From positions 40,400-104,399 of the IMG/VR virus record IMGVR_UViG_3300006145_000007: a stretch of DNA of 64,000 nucleotides; one strand, 5' to 3'. The position numbers and the translations under genes are program-made. Position 1 is the stretch's first letter, and each line of letters starts with the position of its first letter. Source of the stretch: a virus (taxonomy: Duplodnaviria; Heunggongvirae; Uroviricota; Caudoviricetes). Below the pieces are notes generated by a model. The model was not told the origin of the DNA. It saw only the letters and a program-made list of their open reading frames with translations, and searched no databases. Shown in pieces: positions 46,537 through 56,097 of the stretch.

Positions 46537-46550
46537 CGTATGTATCATAT

Positions 46551-47510
46551 TCAGTCCGTCAGCAGTTGCGGCTGATTCGGGTTGACGATCACAGAGGATG
46601 ACTCGCCGGCCTGCACAGTCGGCAGCTTCCCATCCCACTTGTCGATCCAAAGCTGCTGGATGTACGCCTCCGGCATATCAATCAGCGCCTCACGAACGAT
46701 ACGGATCGCTTCCGCCTCACCTTGTGCCTGCGCAATCGCGGCCTGCGCCTGGATCTCCGCAACCTCCTTGTCCTGCTGAGCCCGGACAACGGCAGTCCGC
46801 TTTTCCTGTTCCGCTTTCAGAGCGTCCTGCTCCGCCTTCATCTTCGCCTCAACCGAAGCCTCGAACGCATCGGAAAAGTCGATGTTGTTTACCACGGCGG
46901 AAGTGAACGTAACATGGTACAGATCCTCCAGATCCTTCAGGCGATCAAACACTCGCGCTGAGAGGGAAGACCGGTTCTCCAGAAGCGGCATCGCGCTGTA
47001 CTCGGCGAACACGACCTTGACCTTTTCCTCAACCACGCTGGACAGCTTGGTCTCCAGGATCTCATAGGAGCCATACTCTTTGGCCACTTCGAGAACCTCG
47101 CCAGGACGCAGCTTGTACTGGTACTCAACGCCGGCGTCCAAAGCCTGGGCGTCCTTTGTATAGGACGAAAAGGTTGCCTCCCGTACATGGACGCGCAGGT
47201 CATAGTTTTCAACGCTCTCTGAGATCGGATTGACGATATTAAAACCTGCCCCGATCTCACGATTGATCTGACCCCATGTCCTCACCACACCAATCTCTGT
47301 GCTGTCGATGATGCGGATGCCGGAGATCAGCATGATGAGAGCCAACACGGCGAGGATTGCGCCGCTGACGACCCAGCGCAGATTCTTCAGCTTCCTCCCA
47401 GTCTTATGGTCTCCGCTGTACTCGGACTTTGCGTACGAGTTGCTGATGCCGGTCATCACAGCAAAGCTGCAAACTGCCAGCACCAGCATGATGATAAGTA
47501 ATACGATCAT
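46551..47510 (-). CDS. SPFH/band-7 (prohibitin/HflK-like) membrane protein
   Basis: N-terminal TMs then ..IDSTEIGVVRTWGQINREIGAGFNIVNPISESVENYDLRV.. PHB domain and Ala/Gln-rich coiled coil. Confidence 0.8.
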   Translation of the reverse strand: MIVLLIIMLVLAVCSFAVMTGISNSYAKSEYSGDHKTGRKLKNLRWVVSGAILAVLALIMLISGIRIIDSTEIGVVRTWGQINREIGAGFNIVNPISESVENYDLRVHVREATFSSYTKDAQALDAGVEYQYKLRPGEVLEVAKEYGSYEILETKLSSVVEEKVKVVFAEYSAMPLLENRSSLSARVFDRLKDLEDLYHVTFTSAVVNNIDFSDAFEASVEAKMKAEQDALKAEQEKRTAVVRAQQDKEVAEIQAQAAIAQAQGEAEAIRIVREALIDMPEAYIQQLWIDKWDGKLPTVQAGESSSVIVNPNQPQLLTD

Positions 47511-47533
47511 GTCTTTCTGCTCCTTTAATTCAT

Positions 47534-48178
47534 TTATTCAATCCAGCAGAGTACGGTATCATCGTCCATCCGTACTCCGACAGGGTTGTCCACAATAGCT
47601 TTTCGGAACTTCTCAAAGTCCGAAAATTTACACGACTCTGTAAGGTCGATTTGCGTATCCGGAAGTTGGCTTGCATCGCTTTCCCAACAGTCCTCAAAGT
47701 CAGCGTTGTCCATGATGTTCATCACATCAAAGGTGAACTCCTCGGTACCGATGTCAACTGTGACACGGCCTTCCTCCCACTTCCTCGTTTCCTCCATACC
47801 CTGTTCCGTAACAGAAAGGAGGCCGGTGTTTCTGCTTTCACATTCTTGGAATGAGATATTATTGAACCGCCCTGTCTTATCTTTGGCGATATTCTGTCTC
47901 TCCTCTTCATTAATACCGGCTCCGGTTGCCTGCAGGATCTCTACAGCTACCTTCAGTTTATTGATTTCTGTACGGCTCCGATACGCCTCGATAACCTTAC
48001 CAAGCAGATTGAGCGAGCTTGATGTATACGCTGACCAGTGGTAGTATGCGTTGGCGATCAACTCACCATCGTAATGTACCTCTATGTTCAATCTCTGCCC
48101 CATGTCCGCGCCTCCTTTCTTCCAGTCGCATACCTCACATATAGAGGTGATACTTCTTGCTGATGGACTTCGACACAT
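47534..48178 (-). CDS. hypothetical protein
   Basis: ORF with probable internal start (MGQRLNIEV..). Confidence 0.4.
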   Translation of the reverse strand: MCRSPSARSITSICEVCDWKKGGADMGQRLNIEVHYDGELIANAYYHWSAYTSSSLNLLGKVIEAYRSRTEINKLKVAVEILQATGAGINEEERQNIAKDKTGRFNNISFQECESRNTGLLSVTEQGMEETRKWEEGRVTVDIGTEEFTFDVMNIMDNADFEDCWESDASQLPDTQIDLTESCKFSDFEKFRKAIVDNPVGVRMDDDTVLCWIE

Positions 48179-48569
48179 CGTCCGGCAAAGGGCAGAACCA
48201 AATCCCGGTCAATGTCGTGCCGTCAGCTTCCTCCGGCTGCAGTTCAGTGTAACAGTTGTCGTAGATAAGGCCGAAATGCTCACCTTCAATCAGACCCGTT
48301 GCCTCAGCAGCTTCCTTCGCTTTCATCAGGTGATTCTTATTCCGAGCCTCGCAGATGGTTTTGACAAACGCACCACATACATACCCATCATAGAGTTCCT
48401 TATCGAAGGACAGATGCTCTATCTCGTAGTGCGTGTCATCGCGCAAGACCTCCTTGCCACGGAGCTGACGTGTCCAGTACGCTTCGGCGCAATGGCCGAC
48501 CTGCGCAGCAAGTTTACCTGCGGACATGTTGAGGTCTTTACGCATAATGAATAGACGACGATATCCCAT
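48135..48569 (-). CDS. pth2: peptidyl-tRNA hydrolase, PTH2 family
   Basis: ..MRKDLNMSAGKLAAQVGHCAEAY.. matches the Pth2 N-terminal signature (GK.AAQ..HA). Confidence 0.65.
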   Translation of the reverse strand: MGYRRLFIMRKDLNMSAGKLAAQVGHCAEAYWTRQLRGKEVLRDDTHYEIEHLSFDKELYDGYVCGAFVKTICEARNKNHLMKAKEAAEATGLIEGEHFGLIYDNCYTELQPEEADGTTLTGIWFCPLPDDVSKSISKKYHLYM

Positions 48570-48594
48570 TGCCTACATAACCTCCTGTGTGAAC

Positions 48595-49281
48595 TTAAAG
48601 GAATAGGATAACGACGGCGTTGACCTCTCCGTCTTCGGAACAATGGTAGAACGAAACATACGAACCATCGCCATAGCCGGAGTTTGACACTACACCGTTC
48701 GGAATGACACCGCCACACGCATCGGAAAGCGTGAGGTCACAGCAGTGGTTATAGAACAGGCTGCCGAAGTCTACGCTCGGCGGCTCGCACCCTGCGAACT
48801 GCTCGTCCTTATCGTACATCAGGTCATCGAACAGGCCGGCCTGGCCGCTGTCCACGCCCACAGTAAAGCCGCCCTCTTTCCAGTCTTTCGGGAAGGCGAC
48901 CTGCCAGTCACCGGTATCTTCATCCACGCTTTCAGTCCTGATCTTGTCGAGGGTGGTCTTATTGACCCTTGAGCTTTGATGGATCGCAGCGACCATAGAG
49001 ACACGGACTCCCCAGGAGCCCTCGTCCTGTTTGGCGATGATACCGTTCCACTTGCCGGTTTTGCAGTTCTTGATAGTCCCACAACACCACGTATCATCGT
49101 CGTAACACGGGTCGCTCACACGCATGACATCACCAGTCATGGTGAACGAGCCGAGATCGACATACTCTCTGACAGGTTTCATAGTTCCTCCTTTATCTCC
49201 GCCGTTAGTCGTACCAGCAGTACATACCTTCTTTGTCCACGTTGAACTCGTCTGCTCCACGGAACATATTCGTGAAGTCAA
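48595..49281 (-). CDS. hypothetical protein
   Basis: ORF with probable start MKPVREYV.. Confidence 0.4.
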   Translation of the reverse strand: MTSRICSVEQTSSTWTKKVCTAGTTNGGDKGGTMKPVREYVDLGSFTMTGDVMRVSDPCYDDDTWCCGTIKNCKTGKWNGIIAKQDEGSWGVRVSMVAAIHQSSRVNKTTLDKIRTESVDEDTGDWQVAFPKDWKEGGFTVGVDSGQAGLFDDLMYDKDEQFAGCEPPSVDFGSLFYNHCCDLTLSDACGGVIPNGVVSNSGYGDGSYVSFYHCSEDGEVNAVVILFL

Positions 49282-49612
49282 TCAGCTCGTCCTTCGATGG
49301 CGGTGTCTTTTTCCCAACACCCTCGAATGTAATACGGAAATCATGGCGCTCCGGGCTGATACAGTACCCGTGGGCATACCAGCCATCGGTCTTATGTTCG
49401 CGCAGGAAGTCGATGATCTCGCCAGTGGTCGGGCTGTAGTTCTGTGCCTCTTCCATATCCAGAACGCCGAGCTCCTCCAGCTTGTCGATCTGCTCAAGAG
49501 TAAGCTCGTCGAACCGGCGGAGCCCTCCGCCATACTTCTTCCGGTTGAAAAACTCACCAAATATGATCTCATCGCGCTGGTCGGCAACGCTTAAACGCAT
49601 GATGTCTACCAT
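49205..49612 (-). CDS. hypothetical protein
   Basis: 135-aa ORF. Confidence 0.4.
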   Translation of the reverse strand: MVDIMRLSVADQRDEIIFGEFFNRKKYGGGLRRFDELTLEQIDKLEELGVLDMEEAQNYSPTTGEIIDFLREHKTDGWYAHGYCISPERHDFRITFEGVGKKTPPSKDELIDFTNMFRGADEFNVDKEGMYCWYD

Positions 49613-49629
49613 GTTTGGAACCTCCTTCT

Positions 49630-50493
49630 CTATGCCTTCGGATGTAGCTTAAGAATCTCGCTGTAAGCGGTATCATCGCTCAGCATTGTTGCGATAAACG
49701 TGTTGATACCATAGGATTTACACATTTCGTATATCGTTCTGTGATACCCACCTTCAGTGAACGACCTTTGGATATCCGGGGTATAGACAGTCGTTGACTT
49801 GAACCACCTGTCACGCTCTGCGTCAAATCTCAGGTATTCAAACTTGATAGCCTTGAAGACGTTAGAGTTCTTTGACTTCTCCATAGTTACATCAACAGGG
49901 ACTATTATTTCGCTGAGCCCTTCAAACTGTGACGCGACCTTCCTGCATGGGATAAAACATACATTCATGCAGGCACGCCTGAGCTTTATCAAGAGCGGGT
50001 GCTTCTGATCGAACACACTGCTCATCAGATACTGAAGCTCAGCGATATCAGTGGAACACATACGTATCATACAAGAAGACGGGTGCGAGGCATTGAACTC
50101 CTCAAAGTCTCTGTTCCTATCTGCATCTTGTACGATTTTGTCAACCTTTGCTCCAATAGCCTCCTTGACCTTTGCGTCAATGTTTTGCTGGAATACGCTC
50201 GCGACTTGCTCGTTGATTTCTTCAGTCATAGCGTCATTGATTGTGCCTTGCATGAGCTCGTCCAGCTTATTGTCTGCGAACTTATCTGCCATCTTTTTCA
50301 GGTACTCCTCAGACGCCCGAAGCTCCTCCTCGACTTGCTCACCGCTTAGTTTCGCCTTGTGGGTATAGGAATCCAGGTCGTCATACAGACTTTGAAGTTC
50401 AGTGACACGTTTGCTCAGGATCTTCTTGGCGATCAAGATCACAATGATGGTCATGACAACCTGGAAGACTATGTATGCAATCAGCAATTTCAT
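49630..50493 (-). CDS. membrane-anchored coiled-coil protein
   Basis: N-terminal TM LIAYIVFQVVMTIIVILIA then long charged helices. Confidence 0.45.
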   Translation of the reverse strand: MKLLIAYIVFQVVMTIIVILIAKKILSKRVTELQSLYDDLDSYTHKAKLSGEQVEEELRASEEYLKKMADKFADNKLDELMQGTINDAMTEEINEQVASVFQQNIDAKVKEAIGAKVDKIVQDADRNRDFEEFNASHPSSCMIRMCSTDIAELQYLMSSVFDQKHPLLIKLRRACMNVCFIPCRKVASQFEGLSEIIVPVDVTMEKSKNSNVFKAIKFEYLRFDAERDRWFKSTTVYTPDIQRSFTEGGYHRTIYEMCKSYGINTFIATMLSDDTAYSEILKLHPKA

Positions 50494-50505
50494 GTCACGT
50501 CCTCC

Positions 50506-51063
50506 TTAATACCACTCCCAGTAGCAGTACGCGTACTCTTCGTTTGGCGCCTCCACAGGAAGCTCCTCATCCTCGAACCTCATGTTGAAAGCCTGCAGAA
50601 GTTCTTTGCTCAGGATGTAGTAGCCTGTGTTCTCCACATGGCCGATGTGGTCATAGAACCACTCCTGTATGTCATACGCTTTGCGCCAGTAGCGAACCTC
50701 GGTATAGGAACACACATAGCATGTTTCCTCGCGATCCACCGTGTAGCTCTCGTCGATTTCTGCGTCGGACTTCGAGATTGTGACGCTCTGACCATTCGGC
50801 TTTGTGCCGGTAAAGGAAAGCACACCGCCGATGATGCTGCTCAGGTGTAGGCTCTTGGCTCCGCTTTCTGCCTTCAGCTTCTCGATGTCGTAGTAGTGCC
50901 GGATGGCCTGCACTTTATCGCAGTACGGCAGGAGCTCACGATACATCGCATCTTTGATGTCCTCCTCGCTAAGGATGATATCGTGTATCTCATCCGCGTC
51001 AAATACCTTCGACGTGTCGAGCCCGGGTTTCTTTACTCGGTACACATACATGTCCAGTCCCAT
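50506..51063 (-). CDS. hypothetical protein
   Basis: 185-aa ORF. Confidence 0.4.
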   Translation of the reverse strand: MGLDMYVYRVKKPGLDTSKVFDADEIHDIILSEEDIKDAMYRELLPYCDKVQAIRHYYDIEKLKAESGAKSLHLSSIIGGVLSFTGTKPNGQSVTISKSDAEIDESYTVDREETCYVCSYTEVRYWRKAYDIQEWFYDHIGHVENTGYYILSKELLQAFNMRFEDEELPVEAPNEEYAYCYWEWY

Positions 51064-51087
51064 ATCTTATTTCTCCTTTCCGTCTTT

Positions 51088-51122
51088 GAAAAAATATCCG
51101 GATGCCCATGGCGGACATCCGG
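51088..51122 (-). terminator. hairpin (CCGGATG..CATCCGG) followed by T-run on the - strand; putative intrinsic terminator/attenuator in a 0.5-kb intergenic region
   Basis: 7-bp stem with 12-nt loop and T6 tail on the - strand, read directly. Confidence 0.35.
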
Positions 51123-51599
51123 GTGCTGTTTATGTATCCATTCGGCTGCTTCGTTCAGATCCAGTGCTTCGTAATCGACAAAACCAATTTTGTTTGCTGA
51201 GTCAAATTGAAGTGAAAGCAGATGCTTTCAATATAGTAAAATCGTTTTCAAGACGATTATTAAAGAACGGCGTATAGCGAAACGTGTATCGTGTTCTGCG
51301 TTTGGCGAGGCCGGCATCACCCGGCCCGTGTCGAGTTGGTGAGCTTTGCAGAGAACGCCGTAACGGTTAGCGTCAAAAATGACGATGAGCAAATCTTGAT
51401 CTTCATTTGTTATAGAATCAAGTCTATATTCTTTTCCAGAAATCATGACCTAATCATGTTTTGGATGGATTACTTGCTCATTCAAGTATTGTGGTGTACT
51501 TGAATCACCCCGCAGCACTACACTTCGTCTGCGGCTGAAGCGGTTTTGTTATCATAGCCCACAATGGATCTGAACGAGGCAGCCGAAGCTGCCGCGTTC

Positions 51600-52238
51600 T
51601 CAGGAATGCTCTTCCAGCTTTTCGACGAATGCCGCAACGACATCCTCAAAGGCATCGTTGACGCTGTACTCGGGCTCGTACACAACCTCAAGCTCCACCA
51701 TGACCTTGTCGATGCTGGTTGAGATACTGTCTGACGCACTCACCAGGGAACGGGAGATTTCCCGTGCCTTGTTGCGGTCGAAGTCGATGGTCGTGACCTG
51801 CTTCACGTCGTAATTGTACGTGACCTGGTTCCCTTCGCCATTGAACTTGTAGGCGCTGCCGCGAATGATGTTCTCGCTCGGCCGGATCTTGGCCATGTCA
51901 CCCAGGACACGGGCAACCCTCTGACGGACGCGGTTGTTGGCCAGCTCTCCGTCGATGTCGATATCGCAGCTACGCTTTGCCGCGCTGATGGCGGCGGTCA
52001 GCTTCTCCTTTTCCGCCATGATGTGGCTCAGGAACTGGATGAGCTGGTTGTTACTGCATTCATAGGGGCATTCGATCTTGACCTCGATGGTCTCATCCTC
52101 CGCATCAGGATTGACCTTCTTGCGGAGATGCTCCTGCGTGGTCTTGGTGATGTAGTTCCGGTTTGACAGGAGCATGGTCGTCCTGTCAATCAGGGCGCCC
52201 AGGAAATTCTGATACCGGAATGCTTCTTTCAGATACAT
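51600..52238 (-). CDS. hypothetical protein
   Basis: 212-aa ORF. Confidence 0.4.
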   Translation of the reverse strand: MYLKEAFRYQNFLGALIDRTTMLLSNRNYITKTTQEHLRKKVNPDAEDETIEVKIECPYECSNNQLIQFLSHIMAEKEKLTAAISAAKRSCDIDIDGELANNRVRQRVARVLGDMAKIRPSENIIRGSAYKFNGEGNQVTYNYDVKQVTTIDFDRNKAREISRSLVSASDSISTSIDKVMVELEVVYEPEYSVNDAFEDVVAAFVEKLEEHS

Positions 52239-52241
52239 TTA

Positions 52242-52622
52242 CTATTCCTCCTCTTTTCTCCACAGCTTCAGCCTGATTTCGCTCAGGCTGTAGTATTCGA
52301 TACATTGGTCAAAGCACAGCTCGTCCGCCTCCTCGTCGATGCAGACCTGCACTCCGATCATGTAGTTACCTTCGCTGACCGCGATGCATTCGACCACACG
52401 GCACACAGTACCATGCGTATCCTCGAACTGGCTCTCATCCATGAAAGCCTTCTCCTGTTCATACGGCGTATACCCCCTGCGGTACACCCAGAAGCAGAAC
52501 AGGTCATCGCTGTGGGTCTCCAGAAAGTCAGGGAAGGTGGTGAACTCAAGCACCATTAGTACCCCTCCAATCCTTGTATAGGTGCATACCGCGATGCGTT
52601 TCCTCCGCACGTACAGCTTCAT
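52242..52622 (-). CDS. hypothetical protein
   Basis: 126-aa ORF. Confidence 0.4.
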   Translation of the reverse strand: MKLYVRRKRIAVCTYTRIGGVLMVLEFTTFPDFLETHSDDLFCFWVYRRGYTPYEQEKAFMDESQFEDTHGTVCRVVECIAVSEGNYMIGVQVCIDEEADELCFDQCIEYYSLSEIRLKLWRKEEE

Positions 52623-52863
52623 GGAACCGCATCCACACAGGCTCGTCGATGTCTGGATCTCCGTATCCTCCGCAATACTTCTGGTCTGTTATGTCCTGGT
52701 CGAAGACATAGAGCGCATGATTTGAGACATGCGGCAGCAGGGGAGTGATGAAGTCCACGACGAGGCCAGGCATATAGCTTCGCCTGCCAAGAGCGTAACG
52801 AACGGCACAGTTCAAGATGATCCCGAACCCCTCGTTCTGGACAGATATCTTCATGCCGGGCAT
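52546..52863 (-). CDS. hypothetical protein
   Basis: 105-aa ORF. Confidence 0.35.
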   Translation of the reverse strand: MPGMKISVQNEGFGIILNCAVRYALGRRSYMPGLVVDFITPLLPHVSNHALYVFDQDITDQKYCGGYGDPDIDEPVWMRFHEAVRAEETHRGMHLYKDWRGTNGA

Positions 52864-53010
52864 ATCTTCAACCCCTGTTCCTTCGGCCTCGGTGCGTTAC
52901 GCAGTTCCAGGCGCCGCTGCTGAACCTCCGGGTTCCACCCACACTTATTGCAGGGGCGGACAGGGCCAGAGCATTCGACCATCGAGTTGAACTTACAGCT
53001 ACGTACAGGT

Positions 53011-53412
53011 TCAGACATCGTCATCTTCCTCCTTAAATAAAATACAGTCCCGTACCACACGGCGCTCCCAGCGTATGTCCTCGAACGTAGGCCATCTGCT
53101 CCAGTTATACTTCTCAGTGCAGTCTCCCGTAATGTCATACACACGGTCGTGTATCCTGCACACGAAGTGGTTGATGACTGAGTCGTACACAATGACGACG
53201 TCTGGATCTCCTACGCACGTACTGAAACGCTCATGCAATATCTTCGCAAACCAGTAGCACGCACCGGATGTAAAGACCTGGATTACATCTCTGAACTTCC
53301 CGCCTCCGGTAAAGCGGGAAATGAACGACATGATTTCGTGATCCATCAGAAGTGATAGTCCACGATTCCGCCGAGGTAGTACACACCTGACGGTTTGACT
53401 TGCCGCATCCAC
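53011..53412 (-). CDS. hypothetical protein
   Basis: 133-aa ORF. Confidence 0.35.
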   Translation of the reverse strand: MDAASQTVRCVLPRRNRGLSLLMDHEIMSFISRFTGGGKFRDVIQVFTSGACYWFAKILHERFSTCVGDPDVVIVYDSVINHFVCRIHDRVYDITGDCTEKYNWSRWPTFEDIRWERRVVRDCILFKEEDDDV

Positions 53413-53837
53413 TCCTGCATGGTATACAGTTCGTCACAGTACCACACATAGAACCCGCGCTTGTCGTTATACGACTTTTCCAGTTGGAACATCAGGCTGT
53501 CTACGCTTTCTGAGCCATGCTTAAAGGCGTCGATGAACTGGTCGATGCTGATATCAGACAGCCTCTTAACCGCGTCCATGAAGCGGGTGAAGTAACTTTC
53601 AAAGAAGTCGATGACATCGACCTTGAAAGTGATCTTATCGCCGTCCAGCTTACATACCTCTCCGAAGTTTGTTCCCATCAGCCACTCGATGTCGTCATCG
53701 CGATACTGCTCGTTGATGTCGTCCACATAGTCTGCGATAGACGATGTGAACCAATCAGGAATCGTCTCGCTGCAGATACGGTCTTCCTTGCTGACCGGTT
53801 TATCTTCGATCTGAAAAATCCTACTATGCATACTCAC
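53346..53837 (-). CDS. hypothetical protein
   Basis: 163-aa ORF. Confidence 0.4.
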   Translation of the reverse strand: MSMHSRIFQIEDKPVSKEDRICSETIPDWFTSSIADYVDDINEQYRDDDIEWLMGTNFGEVCKLDGDKITFKVDVIDFFESYFTRFMDAVKRLSDISIDQFIDAFKHGSESVDSLMFQLEKSYNDKRGFYVWYCDELYTMQEWMRQVKPSGVYYLGGIVDYHF

Positions 53838-54757
53838 CGGTACTCCCTTCTTAAAAATTGGAACATCTCGGCGATATCACCTGTGATGTCATACCTTATG
53901 GGGCAGCATGAGTTGTATGCAAACTTCCCGTCAACCGCATCAATATACATGGATGCGGAATCGAACGAGCCGTTTCTTCCATCATCTCCCATGTAGAACT
54001 CGTCCCACTCTTCCTTTGTCATGAAGCGTCCTGGGGAGAGCTGACCAAGCCCGATGTTATCAAAGCTGATCGCTTTGAACTCACCGTTCTTGATGGCATC
54101 TCCCAGCCGGTCGTGGAGCCAGATCTTTTTATCCTCGACCTCTCGCCAGTGGGCGTTGTGGTTGTACGCGCCACGGCGGAAATCCTTGTACCCAAGGATC
54201 AGGATTTTCAGTCCGTGGTTTGCCAGGGCATTGAACCCGTTCTCCGAGATAATTCCGTTGATGATGTGGATGACAGCGTTGGGAAACTTACTGACCTCTC
54301 TGATAAAGTCAGGCGTGTCGTCCTCCAGCCCGAGGAAAGAGACGCCAAGGCCATAAATTAACCCCTGCTCCGTCAGATCGTGGAGCAGGGGAATGGCCTT
54401 CATGAAGTGAACCTTGTTCACCGTGATGTTTGGAATCAGGTCGTGGTCTTTACAGAGCCGGAGAAACGGAACCAAGTCCGGGTGAACCAGCGGATTTCCT
54501 CCGCCGATAGCCAGCTCTGTGTATGGGTGTATGGAATCCAGGAATGGAAGATGGAGGATGTCCCCGTGTTTGCCGTCCGGTTTGGAATCCTCGTGGCACA
54601 TCGGGCAACCCATGTCACACTGGTTCGTTATCTTGATGTCGAATGATTCCGGGAATGCCGGCTCAAAGAAATTCAGGTCGTTCTCACGGATCTTCGTGCC
54701 GTCACTATAAATCCGCACATAATAATTCCCGTTGACATAATCGCCTAAGATGCTCAC
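53834..54757 (-). CDS. radical SAM enzyme (unassigned subfamily)
   Basis: Cx3Cx2C motif ..ITNQCDMGCPMCHE.. and Gly-rich ..LAIGGGNPLVH.. Confidence 0.6.
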   Translation of the reverse strand: MSILGDYVNGNYYVRIYSDGTKIRENDLNFFEPAFPESFDIKITNQCDMGCPMCHEDSKPDGKHGDILHLPFLDSIHPYTELAIGGGNPLVHPDLVPFLRLCKDHDLIPNITVNKVHFMKAIPLLHDLTEQGLIYGLGVSFLGLEDDTPDFIREVSKFPNAVIHIINGIISENGFNALANHGLKILILGYKDFRRGAYNHNAHWREVEDKKIWLHDRLGDAIKNGEFKAISFDNIGLGQLSPGRFMTKEEWDEFYMGDDGRNGSFDSASMYIDAVDGKFAYNSCCPIRYDITGDIAEMFQFLRREYR

Positions 54758-54769
54758 GAAGACACCTCC

Positions 54770-55072
54770 TTAGTTATCCTCACTCTGGAGACCTTTCCAC
54801 TCCCAGTTATCAGAACACTGATCCTTCGGAAGTAACGCTCCTGCAGTTTCATGCGTGCAGTACGTACACTTTCCCACATTGTGCCACCCGGTATTATGCT
54901 TACAGGCGTGGCACTCGCCTCTCAGCATTTCGATTGCTGCTCCCAGCTCCATCAGTAATGTCTCTATCGCAACAGACATTTCAGCGATGATGTTGCGCGG
55001 CTCATTCGTTTCCTGTCGGAAGTTGTTCCCTCTCCAGCTATGTCCACGCCTGAGCAGTTCTTTGTAATCCAT
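54770..55072 (-). CDS. small Cys/His-rich protein
   Basis: ..CHACKHNTGWHNVGKCTYCTHE.. Confidence 0.35.
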   Translation of the reverse strand: MDYKELLRRGHSWRGNNFRQETNEPRNIIAEMSVAIETLLMELGAAIEMLRGECHACKHNTGWHNVGKCTYCTHETAGALLPKDQCSDNWEWKGLQSEDN

Positions 55073-55081
55073 TATGTATCC

Positions 55082-55648
55082 TCACGTTCCTTTGAACACC
55101 ACAATCATACTGGGGAATGGTGCCTTTGTAGCGACCCCTGACCTGTCAAGGATCGGCTGGCCATCTACTTCAAAGGCGAGCCTGCCGCGCAGGAACTGAA
55201 TCGTGACGCCGGGTTTGTTGTAGATGTAGTCATGAAATGAGGCCCGGTCAGTTCTCGCCGGGATCAACAACACAACGGTTGTGCCTGGCTTCTTTGCCTC
55301 CTCAAAACATTTCTTTGTCCAGATCCCGGTCTCCTTGTTCCCATACGGCGGATTACAGAAGACCGTCTCCCCCCCCCAGTCTTGAGCGAGACCGTCATCA
55401 TCCGCCGTAAAGTACCTGTCCACCTTGTGGTTGGTGTGAGATGCTGCGGCATCCAAGGTGAAATGATAATGACGATCTAATTCATCGAACAGACGCTGCG
55501 GGGTTTCCCAGTCGTTTTTGTCGCTGCTGAACATTACAGCCTGTGTTGCCCTGTCTATGTGAATCACCTCATTTTGAAAACTTTTATCCGTAATATGCGG
55601 GCAGGGATTTGCACCCTGCATAGAGCCGATTATTGCCTGCACGAGCAT
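55082..55648 (-). CDS. dam: phage DNA N6-adenine methyltransferase (Dam-like)
   Basis: ..WETPQRLFDELDRHYHFTLDAAAS.. and ..FCNPPYG.. (motif IV); in-frame G9 tract encodes WGGE. Confidence 0.8.
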   Translation of the reverse strand: MLVQAIIGSMQGANPCPHITDKSFQNEVIHIDRATQAVMFSSDKNDWETPQRLFDELDRHYHFTLDAAASHTNHKVDRYFTADDDGLAQDWGGETVFCNPPYGNKETGIWTKKCFEEAKKPGTTVVLLIPARTDRASFHDYIYNKPGVTIQFLRGRLAFEVDGQPILDRSGVATKAPFPSMIVVFKGT

Positions 55649-55687
55649 CTCGGCGCGGGGCTACTTCACCTTTGCCGTCAAAGCGGT

Positions 55688-55763
55688 ATCACACCAATGG
55701 GAGAATCGAACTCCTGTCTGCTCCTACCTCTCGTTATAGCGTCTACCTATTCCGCCACCGCAT
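55688..55763 (-). pseudogene. tRNA-like element (Leu-type D-arm TGGCGGAATAGGTAGACGC and T-arm GGAGTTCGATTCTCC) that does not fold into a complete cloverleaf; tRNA remnant
   Basis: D-arm and T-arm consensus segments at the right spacing (~74 nt) but acceptor and anticodon stems do not pair by eye. Confidence 0.3.
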
Positions 55764-55769
55764 GAAGGT

Positions 55770-56060
55770 TCACGAATCCCTGTCGATTTCGACAAGCTCC
55801 TGGTTGAATGGGTCATAGAGATACGGCAGTCCATTTGGTGCATAGTAGGCAGACATATACCCATATCCGCTATACCCCATACTTTCATTGAATACGAAGT
55901 ACACGATCTTGGTTTGGCTGTCATAGTACAGATCGCTGAACCCCTGGACAGGAACCAGACCAGTGTTCGACTCGTAGTTCTTCGATCCCTTGGTTGCACA
56001 GGCCGTCAACCCAAGGAGAAGCACAACAAGCAGTGCTATGGAAAGACATTTCTTTTTCAT
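55770..56060 (-). CDS. small secreted lipoprotein
   Basis: Signal peptide MKKKCLSIALLVVLLLGLTAC with lipobox; Tyr/Gly-rich mature part. Confidence 0.6.
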   Translation of the reverse strand: MKKKCLSIALLVVLLLGLTACATKGSKNYESNTGLVPVQGFSDLYYDSQTKIVYFVFNESMGYSGYGYMSAYYAPNGLPYLYDPFNQELVEIDRDS

Positions 56061-56097
56061 AGATACCTCACATAAAAACTAAGTTTTATCCATTGAT

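Noticed and set aside
55688-55763. Calling this a functional tRNA-Leu gene
   Set aside because: Despite good D- and T-arm consensus, the acceptor (CATGCGG versus ATTGGTG) and anticodon stems cannot be paired by hand, and length is type I not type II. Reported only as a remnant.
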